64,000 nt of DNA. It comes from Gemmatimonadales bacterium (GTDB lineage: Bacteria > Gemmatimonadota > Gemmatimonadetes > Gemmatimonadales > GWC2-71-9). The stretch's first letter is position 1, and each line of letters opens with the position of its first letter. Where the stretch lies: positions 384,001 through 448,000 of the forward strand of contig JBBCJC010000003.1 of NCBI GenBank assembly GCA_037189525.1, in the 5' to 3' direction. Positions 1 through 9,435 of the stretch are shown piece by piece. Made by a program: the position numbers and the translations under genes. The notes under the pieces were generated by a model, which ran no database searches, was not told the DNA's origin, and saw nothing but the letters and a program-made list of their open reading frames with translations.

Positions 1-429
1 GAGGTCAATATCGGGATTGCCGTGGCACTCGACTGGGGCTTGATCGTGCCCGTCGTTCGTCATGCCGATGAGCTCAACCTGCTGGGCCTGGCGCGGGCGA
101 TTCAGGATCTGGCCGATCGGGCCCGGAACAAGAAGCTCTCGCCGGATGAAGTGCAGAAGGGCACCTTCACCGTCACCAATCCCGGCGTGTTCGGCACGGT
201 GGTCGGCTTGCCGATCATCAACCAGCCGCAGTCCGCGATCCTGGCCGTCGGCGCCATCGAGAAGCAGCCCGCGGTCATCACGCAGCCGGATGGAACCGAT
301 ACGATCGCGATCCGGACCAAGGGCATCCTGGCCTTGTCGTTCGATCATCGGGTCGTGGACGGAGCGGACGCGGATCGCTTCCTGGCCGATGTGAAGAAGT
401 CGTTGCACACCGTGTCCGACAACGCCTGA
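1..429 (+). CDS. 2-oxoacid dehydrogenase E2 (dihydrolipoamide acyltransferase), C-terminal part; 5' truncated by window edge
   Basis: Frame open from base 1 (EVNIGIAVALDWGLIVPVV); GTFTVTNPG, PIINQPQSAIL and the catalytic LSFDHRVVDG motif. Confidence 0.95.
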   Translation, partial: EVNIGIAVALDWGLIVPVVRHADELNLLGLARAIQDLADRARNKKLSPDEVQKGTFTVTNPGVFGTVVGLPIINQPQSAILAVGAIEKQPAVITQPDGTDTIAIRTKGILALSFDHRVVDGADADRFLADVKKSLHTVSDNA

Positions 430-441
430 GCGGAGGGATTC

Positions 442-702
442 GTGGCCCAGCGTACCATCGAGGTCAACGGCGTTGCGTGGAATGTCGCGCCCAGCGGGCG
501 GCGAACACAGTACGCCAAGGACGAGTTCTCCGTCGTATTTACCCGAACGGACGGCAGCGAGGCCCGGGTGGCCCGCTATTCGCCGCTCGGCTCCAAGGCT
601 CGCGAAGCGTCGCTGGCCGAGCTGACCGATGCGCGGCTGGCGACACTGCTGGCCCGATCACAACCGTCGTGGACTGCGGCGGAGATGGGATATCAGCGCT
701 GA
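442..702 (+). CDS. small hypothetical protein
   Basis: GGAGGG RBS before GTG; 86 aa, coding-like codon usage; packed between neighbours. Confidence 0.75.
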   Translation: MAQRTIEVNGVAWNVAPSGRRTQYAKDEFSVVFTRTDGSEARVARYSPLGSKAREASLAELTDARLATLLARSQPSWTAAEMGYQR

Positions 703-703
703 A

Positions 704-1543
704 TTGAGCCAGGTCGCCGACCTCCACGCGCATAGCACGGCCTCCGACGGGATCAATCGTCCCGCGGAGGTCGTTCGTCTTGCTGCCCGGGCGGGCCTCG
801 CGGCCATTGCCCTGACCGATCACGATACCGTCGACGGCGTGGCCGAAGCTCGCGCCGAAGGCCAACTGCAGGGTATCAAAGTGCTGTCCGGTTGTGAGTT
901 CTCCGTGCTCGGCGACTGGGGCGAGATGCATCTGCTCGCCTACGGGATGCCGGAAGGGCACGCCGAACTGGAAGCCGCCTTCCGGCGAATGCGTACCAAC
1001 CGTGAAGATCGCGGTCGCAAGATGGTAGCGGCGATCGTCAAATGCGGGGTGCCTATCGACTACGCCGAGGTCGAGGGGATTGCGGCGGGAGCGCCGCTGG
1101 GGCGTCCGCACGTTGCGCGCGCGCTGGTCCAGCGCGGGGTGGTCCGGACCATCGACGAGGCCTTCGTCCGTTTCCTGGGCCGCGGTAAGCCCGGCTATGT
1201 CGGGAAGGTACTGCCCTCACTCGAGGAGATCACCGATCTGGTCCGTCGCGTCGGAGGCGTGTCCTCGCTGGCCCACCCGCGCGACCGGGCGAATCGAGCC
1301 ACGCTGCAGAGCTTTCAGGCGCGCGGCCTCGACGGCGTCGAAGTCCGGCACCCGAGCCACAGTCCGAGCATGCGCGCCGAGTTGGAACGGGTCGCGCGGG
1401 ATCTGGGATTGCTGATGACGGGCGGGAGCGATTCGCACGGCGAAACCTCACCGAGTGCCACGCACAACCTGGTCGGCGGGGAGCGGGTTCCGATCGAATG
1501 GGTCGACGCGATCGAACACCTCGCAGCGAGCCGGCGGCACTGA
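704..1543 (+). CDS. PHP-domain metal-dependent phosphoesterase (TrpH/YciV-like)
   Basis: DLHAHSTASDG, ALTDHDT, GRPH, LAHP and GGSDSHG motifs; TTG at 704 directly follows the upstream stop. Confidence 0.92.
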   Translation: MSQVADLHAHSTASDGINRPAEVVRLAARAGLAAIALTDHDTVDGVAEARAEGQLQGIKVLSGCEFSVLGDWGEMHLLAYGMPEGHAELEAAFRRMRTNREDRGRKMVAAIVKCGVPIDYAEVEGIAAGAPLGRPHVARALVQRGVVRTIDEAFVRFLGRGKPGYVGKVLPSLEEITDLVRRVGGVSSLAHPRDRANRATLQSFQARGLDGVEVRHPSHSPSMRAELERVARDLGLLMTGGSDSHGETSPSATHNLVGGERVPIEWVDAIEHLAASRRH

Positions 1544-2322
1544 CCGTCCCGGCCTGTCGCGACATCGTCGTGATCGGCGGCGGGTGTTACGGCTCGTTTT
1601 ACGCTGCGCAGCTGTCGGAGGCGGCGGCCCGCGGCAAAATCAGCTACTCCTCGGTCATCGTGGTGGATCGGGATCGGGCCTGTCAGGCGAACCGGGAGGG
1701 GCGGATTACCGGCGCCGTCACGTTCGCCGAAGCGGAGTGGGGAGCGTTTCTCGATGAGTTCCTCGATCGCCCCGCGCCTGCGCCGGGCCGGCCCGACGAT
1801 GCGATCGTCCCGTCGCCGCTGATGCCGCATCTCATGGCCGAATGGCTGGTCCGGGTCGGACGTCGCGCCGCGCCTGAGCGGTCCTTCGAGCCGGTCGTCG
1901 TCGATCAGCCGGTGGGAACCCCGTACGACCGGCTGGGCCCCGGCGGCAATCGCTACGTCTCGTTTGCCGATTGGCTCTGTCCGACGCATTGCATCGAGCC
2001 GCACATCTGTCCCGTCATCCGGGCGCCGCGCACCTGGGAAATGGGGGACACCATCGCCGCGTATACCGATCGGATCAACCGGGGCCGGCCGACCCTCGGT
2101 CCGGCGCTGTTCGTCACCCGCCACCGGGCCTACGGAGTCGGGATGTTCGACGTGAGCGAGGTACGGGAGGCGCGAGGATGGATGGATCGCGCGCTGGCCG
2201 CTTCCGGAGCCGTCGACCTCGTGGTCGGCACCATTTCGGCCTGCCACGGCGCGGTCGGGCTGGTGCGGTGCGGGGAAGGGACGGCTACAGCGTCAGCGCG
2301 AGGACCGTCAGAACCGCGATGA
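1498..2322 (+). CDS. hypothetical protein with N-terminal Rossmann-like GxGxxG and Cys/His cluster
   Basis: IVVIGGGCYG...VIVVD dinucleotide-binding start; CPTHCIEPHICP and ISACHG; true start uncertain (1498, 1540 or 1570). Confidence 0.75.
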   Translation: MGRRDRTPRSEPAALTVPACRDIVVIGGGCYGSFYAAQLSEAAARGKISYSSVIVVDRDRACQANREGRITGAVTFAEAEWGAFLDEFLDRPAPAPGRPDDAIVPSPLMPHLMAEWLVRVGRRAAPERSFEPVVVDQPVGTPYDRLGPGGNRYVSFADWLCPTHCIEPHICPVIRAPRTWEMGDTIAAYTDRINRGRPTLGPALFVTRHRAYGVGMFDVSEVREARGWMDRALAASGAVDLVVGTISACHGAVGLVRCGEGTATASARGPSEPR

Positions 2323-2821
2323 GCTGCCCGGCAAGCACGTCGCCCGGGTAGTGCACACCAAGCGCTACCCGGCTCCAGCCGACCAGCATACCGAGGGCAA
2401 TCAGCGGCGCCGTCGCGGCGGGAACGATCGTGGCGTAAGCGACCGCGATCGAGAAGCTCGACGCCGAATGTCCGGACGGGAAGGAGAATCGGTCCGGGTC
2501 GGCGACGAGGGAATGATCGGGCCGATAGGTCGATGGCCGGTTACGTACCACCAGCCGCTTGATGATCTGAACGATCCCGTGGGAGATGCCTAACGCAAGA
2601 CCGGCGCGCCAGGCTACCCGCGGTGAGAACGAGCCCGTCAGCAGCGGCAGGATCGCAGCAGCGATGGTGAAGGCGGCGGAGCCAAGGCCGGTGAGGCCCT
2701 TCCAGCAGGTGCGAGCCAGGCGGGAGTGGTCCTGGCCCAGCGACCACCGCAGGAAGAGACGCCGATCGTGGGCATCCAGCCGGCCCAGCAAGCGTGTCGT
2801 CATCTCGAAAATCGCCTCCAT
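2285..2821 (-). CDS. PAP2 family membrane phosphatase
   Basis: KRLVVRNRP, SFPSGH and SRVALGVHYPGD motifs; hydrophobic helices; alternative start at 2803 with GGAGG RBS. Confidence 0.93.
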   Translation of the reverse strand: MEAIFEMTTRLLGRLDAHDRRLFLRWSLGQDHSRLARTCWKGLTGLGSAAFTIAAAILPLLTGSFSPRVAWRAGLALGISHGIVQIIKRLVVRNRPSTYRPDHSLVADPDRFSFPSGHSASSFSIAVAYATIVPAATAPLIALGMLVGWSRVALGVHYPGDVLAGQLIAVLTVLALTL

Positions 2822-2870
2822 ACGACGTGCCTCAACGATGGCGATGCGACATCAACACGCCGCGACCGGG

Positions 2871-2925
2871 ATGTCACGATCGCGTCACGGGGCCGGGTGA
2901 CCGGATCGTGACCGCGCGCTGACGC
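2871..2925. promoter_or_regulatory. Pho-box-like direct repeats on both strands of the divergent PAP2/GT4 promoter
   Basis: + strand GTCAC at 2873 and 2884; - strand GTCAC/GTCAC/GTCAG (GTGAC 2897, GTGAC 2908, CTGAC 2919); all at 11-bp period, as for PhoB/OmpR-family sites. Confidence 0.6.
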
Positions 2926-2956
2926 AGCCATCAGGGACGTTCGCCAGACTTCCCGG

Positions 2957-4153
2957 ATGCGCGCACTGTACTTCACCGACACCTATCCGCCCCAGGTCAA
3001 CGGCGTCTCCGTCGTCACCCACCTTTCGGTCCGCGGTCTTATGGCGCGCGGCTGGGAGGTCGGCGTGGTGGCGCCCGAGTATCCCGAGACCGAGGACATC
3101 TTCGGCGCCGCAGCCGATCAGGTTGTGATGACGCTTCCGAGTGTTCCGTGCCCGGGCTATCCCGACCTCCGGCTTGCGGCGCCGTTGCCCGATCGGATTC
3201 GTCGCCTGGTGCGCGAATTTCGTCCGGATCTGGTGCATTGCTGCACCGAGTTCGTGATCGGCTGGATGGGACGCCGTGCCGCCCGAGCCGAAGGGGTGCC
3301 GATCGTCACCTCGTATCACACGGACTTCGGACGGTATCTGGCCGCCTACGGCGCGCCGATCCTGTCGGGGGCGGTCGACGGGTACCTGACCCGCTTCCAT
3401 CGTGTTGCGCACCAGACGCTGACGCCGTCCGGTGCGGTCCAGCGCGAACTGGTCGAACGAGGGATTCGTCAGGCGCGGGTGTGGGGTTGCGGTGTCGACA
3501 CCGAGACCTTCCATCCCGATCGGGCGACGGCCGAATGCCGGCAGGGGCTGGGCGGTGCGGGACGGTTCGTCTTCCTGCACGTCGGGCGCCTGGCGCCGGA
3601 AAAGAGCGTCGATCGGTTACTCGCGGGGTTTGCCAGGTGCCGCCAGGTGCTCGGCGACGATGTCCGCCTGGTCATCGCGGGTGAAGGACCCTCGCGGTCC
3701 GAACTCGAGCGCGCGGCTCCACCGGGGGTGCAGTTCGTCGGCTTTCTCGACCGGGCGACCAGGCTGCCCGAACTCTATGCCAGCGCCGATGCGTTCATCT
3801 ACGCCTCCGAGACCGAGACGCTCGGCCTGGTGATGCTCGAGGCCATGGCCAGCGGCCTGCCGGTCGTGGCGGTTCCTGCGGGCGGCGTCGCGGATCATCT
3901 GCGCCACGGGGTCAACGGACTGGCCTGGAGCGGCGGCGGGGCGGTGGACCACCTCGCCCGCCATATGATCGATCTGGCGACCACCCCGACTCTCCGAGCC
4001 TCCCTGGCCGCGGGCGCGCTGGCGACGGCAGCCGCGCTCAGCTGGGAGACCGAGCTCGATCGCCTCGACGCGATTTATCGGGGCCTGTTGCCGGCTCGCG
4101 CCCTGCCACCCTCGGCGCTGGTGTCTCCGGCCCCTGCTTCGGTCCGCGCCTGA
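2957..4153 (+). CDS. GT4 family glycosyltransferase (diacylglycerol glycosyltransferase/MgtA-like)
   Basis: FTDTYPPQVNGVS, SYHTDF, VGRLAPEK and ETLGLVMLEAMASGLPVV motifs. Confidence 0.92.
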   Translation: MRALYFTDTYPPQVNGVSVVTHLSVRGLMARGWEVGVVAPEYPETEDIFGAAADQVVMTLPSVPCPGYPDLRLAAPLPDRIRRLVREFRPDLVHCCTEFVIGWMGRRAARAEGVPIVTSYHTDFGRYLAAYGAPILSGAVDGYLTRFHRVAHQTLTPSGAVQRELVERGIRQARVWGCGVDTETFHPDRATAECRQGLGGAGRFVFLHVGRLAPEKSVDRLLAGFARCRQVLGDDVRLVIAGEGPSRSELERAAPPGVQFVGFLDRATRLPELYASADAFIYASETETLGLVMLEAMASGLPVVAVPAGGVADHLRHGVNGLAWSGGGAVDHLARHMIDLATTPTLRASLAAGALATAAALSWETELDRLDAIYRGLLPARALPPSALVSPAPASVRA

Positions 4154-4299
4154 TCCCTCGTTCGGCAATTTTCCCTTCGCTTACCTCTTGATTCCGGAGC
4201 TCGTGCCGGTCGGGCGGGCCCCGTCGAGGCCGGGGTCGACCGGCTTATATTGCAGGCTGGCAATAGTGTGACGGTCCTACGGAATCAGGTCTTCAAATC

Positions 4300-5238
4300 A
4301 TGAACAATTTCGACGTCATCATCGTCGGCGCCGGCCCCGCCGGCATGTGCGCCGGTATGTACGCTGGGCGAGGGATGCTGAACGCGGTTGTCCTCGAACG
4401 GGGATTGCCGGGGGGCGAACTCCTCAACACGGAAAAGATCGAGGATTATCCGGGGTTCGAATCGATCCTTGGCCCCGAGCTCGCGGCCAAGATGGCGAGC
4501 CACGCCGAGAAATTCGGGGCGGATATCCGGCAGGAGAACGTCGAGGGGGTCTATCGTCTGGCTGACGGTACCTTCAAAGTCACCACCGATTCGGGCACGG
4601 ACTATCTGGCGCCTACCGTGATCATGACGGCAGGAGGAACGCCCACCAAACTCGGCGTGCCCGGCGAGTTGGAGTATGCCGGTCGTGGGGTATCGTATTG
4701 CGCGGTCTGTGATGGGGCCTTTTTCAAAGGCGAGACGATTGCCGTGATCGGCGGGGGCGATGCCGCGGTCGAGGAAGCCGATTACCTGACCCGCTACGCA
4801 GCCAAGGTTTACGTCATCCATCGGCGCGATGAGTTGCGGGCCTCCAAGATCCTCCAGGAGCGGGCGTTCAAGAACCCGAAGATCGAGTTCATCTGGAACA
4901 AGCGCGTACTCGAGATGGTGGGCGAACCGTCGGGCCTCAAGTCGCTGCAGCTCGAGGACACGGTCGACGGAACGACGACATCGCTGGCCGTGACAGGCGC
5001 CTTCGTCTTCATCGGCTTCACCCCGAACAGCGGGCTGATCAAAGAGCATGTCGCGCACGATCCGACCGGCTATCTGTTGACGGACGACCGGATGATGACG
5101 TCGATTCCCGGATTGTTCGCAGCTGGCGACCTGCGGGTTCAGTTGGTGCGTCAGGTGACGACGGCGGTGGGTGACGCGACGACGGCGGCGATTGCGGTCG
5201 AGAAGTATCTGACGGAGCGGAAGTCGCAGCCCGCATGA
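4300..5238 (+). CDS. trxB: thioredoxin-disulfide reductase
   Basis: GAGPAG, GRGVSYCAVCDG active site, GGGDAAVEEA, GLFAAGD. Confidence 0.96.
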   Translation: MNNFDVIIVGAGPAGMCAGMYAGRGMLNAVVLERGLPGGELLNTEKIEDYPGFESILGPELAAKMASHAEKFGADIRQENVEGVYRLADGTFKVTTDSGTDYLAPTVIMTAGGTPTKLGVPGELEYAGRGVSYCAVCDGAFFKGETIAVIGGGDAAVEEADYLTRYAAKVYVIHRRDELRASKILQERAFKNPKIEFIWNKRVLEMVGEPSGLKSLQLEDTVDGTTTSLAVTGAFVFIGFTPNSGLIKEHVAHDPTGYLLTDDRMMTSIPGLFAAGDLRVQLVRQVTTAVGDATTAAIAVEKYLTERKSQPA

Positions 5239-5879
5239 GCGCGGGGCTCAGGGTCATCCCGATCCTCAACGGCCAGTTCATGCAGAACTGTTATCTGCTG
5301 GCCGAGGAAGGGTCGGCGGATGCGGTCATCGTCGACCCGGGCGAGGCGCCGGCGCTCTTTCTGGAGACGGCCGAGCGTCATGGGCTAACCATTCGTGAGA
5401 TCTGGCTGACCCACGGGCACATCGATCATGTCTCCGGCGTCGGCGCCGTCAAGGCCGCGACCGGCGCGCCGATTTGGATGCATCCGGCCGACCTTCCGCT
5501 CTATCGCAATCTGGCGCAGCAAGCGGGGTGGTTCGGCCTCGAGTTGGACGATCCGCCTCCCATCGACCATGAACTGAGCCACGGCCAGACGTTGACGTTA
5601 GGCAACACCTCGTTCGACGTGCGGCATACGCCGGGGCATTCTCCCGGGAGCGTCTGCTTCGTGACCGCCGGGACCGTGATCGGCGGCGACGTCCTGTTCC
5701 AGGGGTCGGTCGGGCGGGTCGATCTGCCCGGCGGCGACTGGGAACAATTGCTGAGCAGCATTCGCGACGAGTTGTTCCCGCTGGCCGACGAGACCGTGGT
5801 ACATCCCGGGCATGGCCCGCGAACGACGATTGGCGCGGAGAAGCGCAACAACCCGTTCCTGCGCGGGCTGGGCGACTGA
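5235..5879 (+). CDS. MBL-fold metallo-hydrolase (glyoxalase II/YcbL-like)
   Basis: THGHIDH, TPGHSPG, GDVLF and PGHG motifs; ATGA overlap with trxB. Confidence 0.92.
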   Translation: MSAGLRVIPILNGQFMQNCYLLAEEGSADAVIVDPGEAPALFLETAERHGLTIREIWLTHGHIDHVSGVGAVKAATGAPIWMHPADLPLYRNLAQQAGWFGLELDDPPPIDHELSHGQTLTLGNTSFDVRHTPGHSPGSVCFVTAGTVIGGDVLFQGSVGRVDLPGGDWEQLLSSIRDELFPLADETVVHPGHGPRTTIGAEKRNNPFLRGLGD

Positions 5880-5880
5880 T

Positions 5881-6210
5881 TCAGCGCGCGGGTGGCGGCG
5901 CGAGCGCGACCAGCATGACGGTCCGCTCCAGCGCTTCATCCACTCCATGGGGCACCTCGGCCGGCGCCCAGACCAGTTGGCCGGTCGTGGCTTCGAACTG
6001 GCGGTCGCCGACGGTCATTCTCGCCTTTCCGGAGAGGATCAGATACAATTTGTCCGCACCCCGATGCGTGTGGACGCTCTGGTGTTGTCCCGGCTCGAAG
6101 CAGTTGAGTCCGGCAAAGAGCGTCTCGCCTCGGACGAGATCGGCCTTGGTATATCGGTCGGTTGCAAACACGGCCGAGTCCTCCGGTCGCAACAGATAGG
6201 GGTTCGTCAT
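5881..6210 (-). CDS. cupin domain protein
   Basis: NCFEPGQHQSVHTH...KLYLILSG...APAEVPHGV cupin motifs; start moved to MTNPY (6210) to avoid overlap with the divergent gene. Confidence 0.85.
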   Translation of the reverse strand: MTNPYLLRPEDSAVFATDRYTKADLVRGETLFAGLNCFEPGQHQSVHTHRGADKLYLILSGKARMTVGDRQFEATTGQLVWAPAEVPHGVDEALERTVMLVALAPPPAR

Positions 6211-6244
6211 CGCGATCCCGTCACCTTTCACATCGGTTTCCGTC

Positions 6245-7663
6245 ATGTCGTTCCGAATCGAAAAAGACCCGTTGGGTGAGAAGCAGGTTCCGGCCTCCGC
6301 CCTGTATGGAATCCAGACCCTTCGTGCCGTCGAGAACTTCCCGATCTCCGGTTTGAAGCCCTTGCCGGCGTTCGTCGATGCCGTGATCTGGATTAAGCGT
6401 TCCGCGGCCGTTACGCACAAACAGACCGGGCGCCTCGAAGCCCGGATTGCCGATGCCATCATCGCGGCGGCCGATGAAGTACTGGCGGGCCAGCACCGCG
6501 ATCAGTTCGTCGTGGATGTCTATCAGGCGGGCGCCGGTACTTCGCACAACATGAACTGTAACGAGGTGCTGGCCAACCGGGCCAACGAAATCCTGGGCGG
6601 CACGCGGGGAACGTATCAGCCGGTGCATCCAAACGATCACGTCAATATGGCGCAGAGCACCAACGACGTGATCCCGACGGCCATGCGGCTGGCGACGCTG
6701 GCATCGCTTCCTGCGCTGCTCGAATCGATGGCGGGACTGGCGCAGACGTTCATGAAGAAGGGGGCCGAGTTCGATCACGTCATGAAGTCGGGGCGGACCC
6801 ACCTTCAGGATGCGACCCCGATCCGGTTGGGACAGGAGTTCGCGGCGTACGGTCGGACGGTCGAACGGCATCGGCAGAAGATCGCGGAGGCGGCGCGCTG
6901 GCTCCGTCCGATGAACATCGGCGGAACGGCGGTCGGCACCGGGCTCAACGCCGAACCGGAATATCCCGCGTTGATGGTCGAACACCTGCGGGCGCTGACT
7001 CGGCTCGATCTCGAGGTTGCCGAGGATCGGATCCAGCTGATGCAGTCGATGGGCGATATCGCCACGGTGAGCGGATCGATCCGCGCCTACACGCTCGATC
7101 TCAACAAGATCGCCAATGACATCCGGTTGCTGGCGTCCGGGCCTCGTACCGGGCTCGCGGAGATCCTGCTGCCCGCCGTGCAGCCGGGGTCGAGCATCAT
7201 GCCCGGCAAGGTCAATCCGTCCATTGCCGAGATGGTCAATCAGGTCTGCTATCAGGTCATCGGGCTCGATACCACGGTTGCGATGGCGGCGGAAGCGGGC
7301 CAGCTCGAACTCAACGTCATGATGCCGGTCATGACTCATAACATCGTCTTTGCCATCAATATCCTGGGCAATGCGACGCGGCAGCTCGATGTCGAGTGCA
7401 TTCGCGGCATCGAAGCGGACGAAGCGCAGTGCGCCTACTGGCTCGAGCGCAGTCCGGCGCTCGTCACGGCGCTCGCTCCGAAAATCGGATATGCCGATTC
7501 GGCCAAGCTGGCCAAGGAAGCGATCGCGACGGGACTCACCGTCAAGGCGCTGGTGACGGAAAAGGAGATTTTGACCGGCAAGGAACTCGACGATGTGCTC
7601 GACCTCCGGGCCATGACCGAGCTCGGTGTTCCCGGCGGAAAAGGGTTGCCCGGCGGCGGTTGA
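6245..7663 (+). CDS. aspA: aspartate ammonia-lyase / class II fumarate hydratase family
   Basis: RIEKDPLG, QAGAGTSHNMN, GRTHLQDATP and GSSIMPGKVNP signature; aspA versus fumC not certain. Confidence 0.85.
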   Translation: MSFRIEKDPLGEKQVPASALYGIQTLRAVENFPISGLKPLPAFVDAVIWIKRSAAVTHKQTGRLEARIADAIIAAADEVLAGQHRDQFVVDVYQAGAGTSHNMNCNEVLANRANEILGGTRGTYQPVHPNDHVNMAQSTNDVIPTAMRLATLASLPALLESMAGLAQTFMKKGAEFDHVMKSGRTHLQDATPIRLGQEFAAYGRTVERHRQKIAEAARWLRPMNIGGTAVGTGLNAEPEYPALMVEHLRALTRLDLEVAEDRIQLMQSMGDIATVSGSIRAYTLDLNKIANDIRLLASGPRTGLAEILLPAVQPGSSIMPGKVNPSIAEMVNQVCYQVIGLDTTVAMAAEAGQLELNVMMPVMTHNIVFAINILGNATRQLDVECIRGIEADEAQCAYWLERSPALVTALAPKIGYADSAKLAKEAIATGLTVKALVTEKEILTGKELDDVLDLRAMTELGVPGGKGLPGGG

Positions 7664-7728
7664 GCCGCATCCAGAGCAAGCGGCGTCTCCCCGGTTGACG
7701 CTGCTTGCCGAGCTATGGAGGAACGCCA

Positions 7729-9399
7729 TTGCGCGTCGTCTGGATCATGATTGCCGGAGGCTTTCTGTTCGGTGCCGCAGAGGGCCGGGCGCAGCAGATA
7801 TCGGTCCGCGTAGTGCACGCCGGGGAGGGGACGCCCCTGGCAGGCGCGCTGGTATCGCTGCGCAGCATGGACGGCGTGGTCCAGGTGCGCGCGCTGACGG
7901 GCTCGGAAGGTCGAATCACCTTCCGAGCCCCCGCACCCGGCCGCTACGTTCCGCGCGCCGATGCGATCGGATACCGGGGGGTCGATGGGCAGCCCGTCGA
8001 TCTGGGTGGTGAGGTGCAGACGGTCGAGTTTGCGTTGGAACCCGCTCCGTTTGCGCTCGAAGAACTGGTCGTCGGCGCGAATCGGTCGGTGGTGTGTAAC
8101 ATGCGCGCCGAGTCTGCGCAGCTTACGTCACGGGTCTGGGAGGAGGCGAGGAAGGCGCTCTTCGGGACGGTGTTGACCCGCACGCAGGATCCCCCACGCA
8201 TGGAGATCGAACTCTTTCAGCGGCGGCTCACACCGAGCGGCTGGATTGCCTGGGAGCAGACGGCGCACGGAACGGTCCTGAGCGATCGCCCCTTTACGAC
8301 CGCGGATCCTGCCGAGCTGCACCAACATGGTTGGGTGCGGCCGGACGCGGCTGGTACGGTCTACTACGGGCCTGACGCCGAGATGCTCCTGTCGGATACC
8401 TTTCTCGAGGATCACTGCTTTCGAGCGGTCGCGACGGACGATCAACGCCTCGGTCTCGAGTTCTCACCCAATCGGAACCGCAAGGTGCCCGAGATTGCCG
8501 GCACGCTGTGGCTCGATCCCAAGAGTATGGAACTCCGGTCGCTGGAGTTCCGGTTCGTCAACCTGGAAATCCCTGATCGTATCCTGCGGGATGCGCGGCT
8601 TGGCGGAAGGCTCACCTTCGATCGTCTTGCAACTGGTGGTTGGTACATCCGCGACTGGAACATCCTGACGCCCTTTCTGGAGCGCCGGGTCCGGATCAAT
8701 CGCACGGACTATGTCATCGCCTGGTATCAGGACGTGGGGGGAACGGCTCGGCCGGAGGGCGGGTCGCCTCCGCCCGTGGTCGTCACCGGACAGGTGTTCG
8801 ATTCGCTGGCGGGGCGGCCGCTTGCCGGGGCCGCGATCAGCTTCGGCGGCACGACTGTCGTGGTTTCTGATTCGACAGGAGCGTTCCGCGTCGAACTGAT
8901 GCGAGAGGGCGACTACGTGGTGACCGTGTCGCATCCGGAGCTGACGGTCGTCGGTCTCGAGCCGATGCGCGATTCGGTCCGGGTGCGGGCGCCGGGGGTT
9001 CGTCTGGATCTGACATCGCCGTCGGCCGAAGCGCAGCTGGCGTTGCTCTGCCCTCGAGATGTGCGCCGGCCGGGATTGGGCGCGTTGAGCGCGGTCGGGT
9101 TCGAGGGCGCGGCGGAGCAGGATGTTCATGTCCAGGTCGAGGTTCCGCGCAGCGCAGCGCGCCCGCAGAAGGCGCTTGGCTTCGAGGGCGGTAACACGGT
9201 AACATCCAGAGTACTGCACCGTGAAGACGTGACCGCCGTTCAGGTGACGACCCGACCCGGTCGCCCGTTTTACATCTGCGGGATCGATCGTAACGTGCCG
9301 TTGCAGGTTATCGACTCCGTTCCGGGTCTTCCGCTTCGAGTCCGCGATGTGGGGCCGGGGCGCGCCCGAGTGCATCCGATGCTGCTCGATCGGCCCTGA
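7729..9399 (+). CDS. secreted carboxypeptidase-regulatory-like domain protein (paralog 1)
   Basis: GGAGG RBS before TTG 7729; signal peptide; two prealbumin-like repeats (PLAGALVSL...GRITF; VTGQVFDS...PLAGAAI); PDAEMLLSDTFLEDHCF. Confidence 0.8.
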   Translation: MRVVWIMIAGGFLFGAAEGRAQQISVRVVHAGEGTPLAGALVSLRSMDGVVQVRALTGSEGRITFRAPAPGRYVPRADAIGYRGVDGQPVDLGGEVQTVEFALEPAPFALEELVVGANRSVVCNMRAESAQLTSRVWEEARKALFGTVLTRTQDPPRMEIELFQRRLTPSGWIAWEQTAHGTVLSDRPFTTADPAELHQHGWVRPDAAGTVYYGPDAEMLLSDTFLEDHCFRAVATDDQRLGLEFSPNRNRKVPEIAGTLWLDPKSMELRSLEFRFVNLEIPDRILRDARLGGRLTFDRLATGGWYIRDWNILTPFLERRVRINRTDYVIAWYQDVGGTARPEGGSPPPVVVTGQVFDSLAGRPLAGAAISFGGTTVVVSDSTGAFRVELMREGDYVVTVSHPELTVVGLEPMRDSVRVRAPGVRLDLTSPSAEAQLALLCPRDVRRPGLGALSAVGFEGAAEQDVHVQVEVPRSAARPQKALGFEGGNTVTSRVLHREDVTAVQVTTRPGRPFYICGIDRNVPLQVIDSVPGLPLRVRDVGPGRARVHPMLLDRP

Positions 9400-9435
9400 G
9401 TTCGGTTGCCGTTCCCTTCAGGTTGGAGGTCTACC

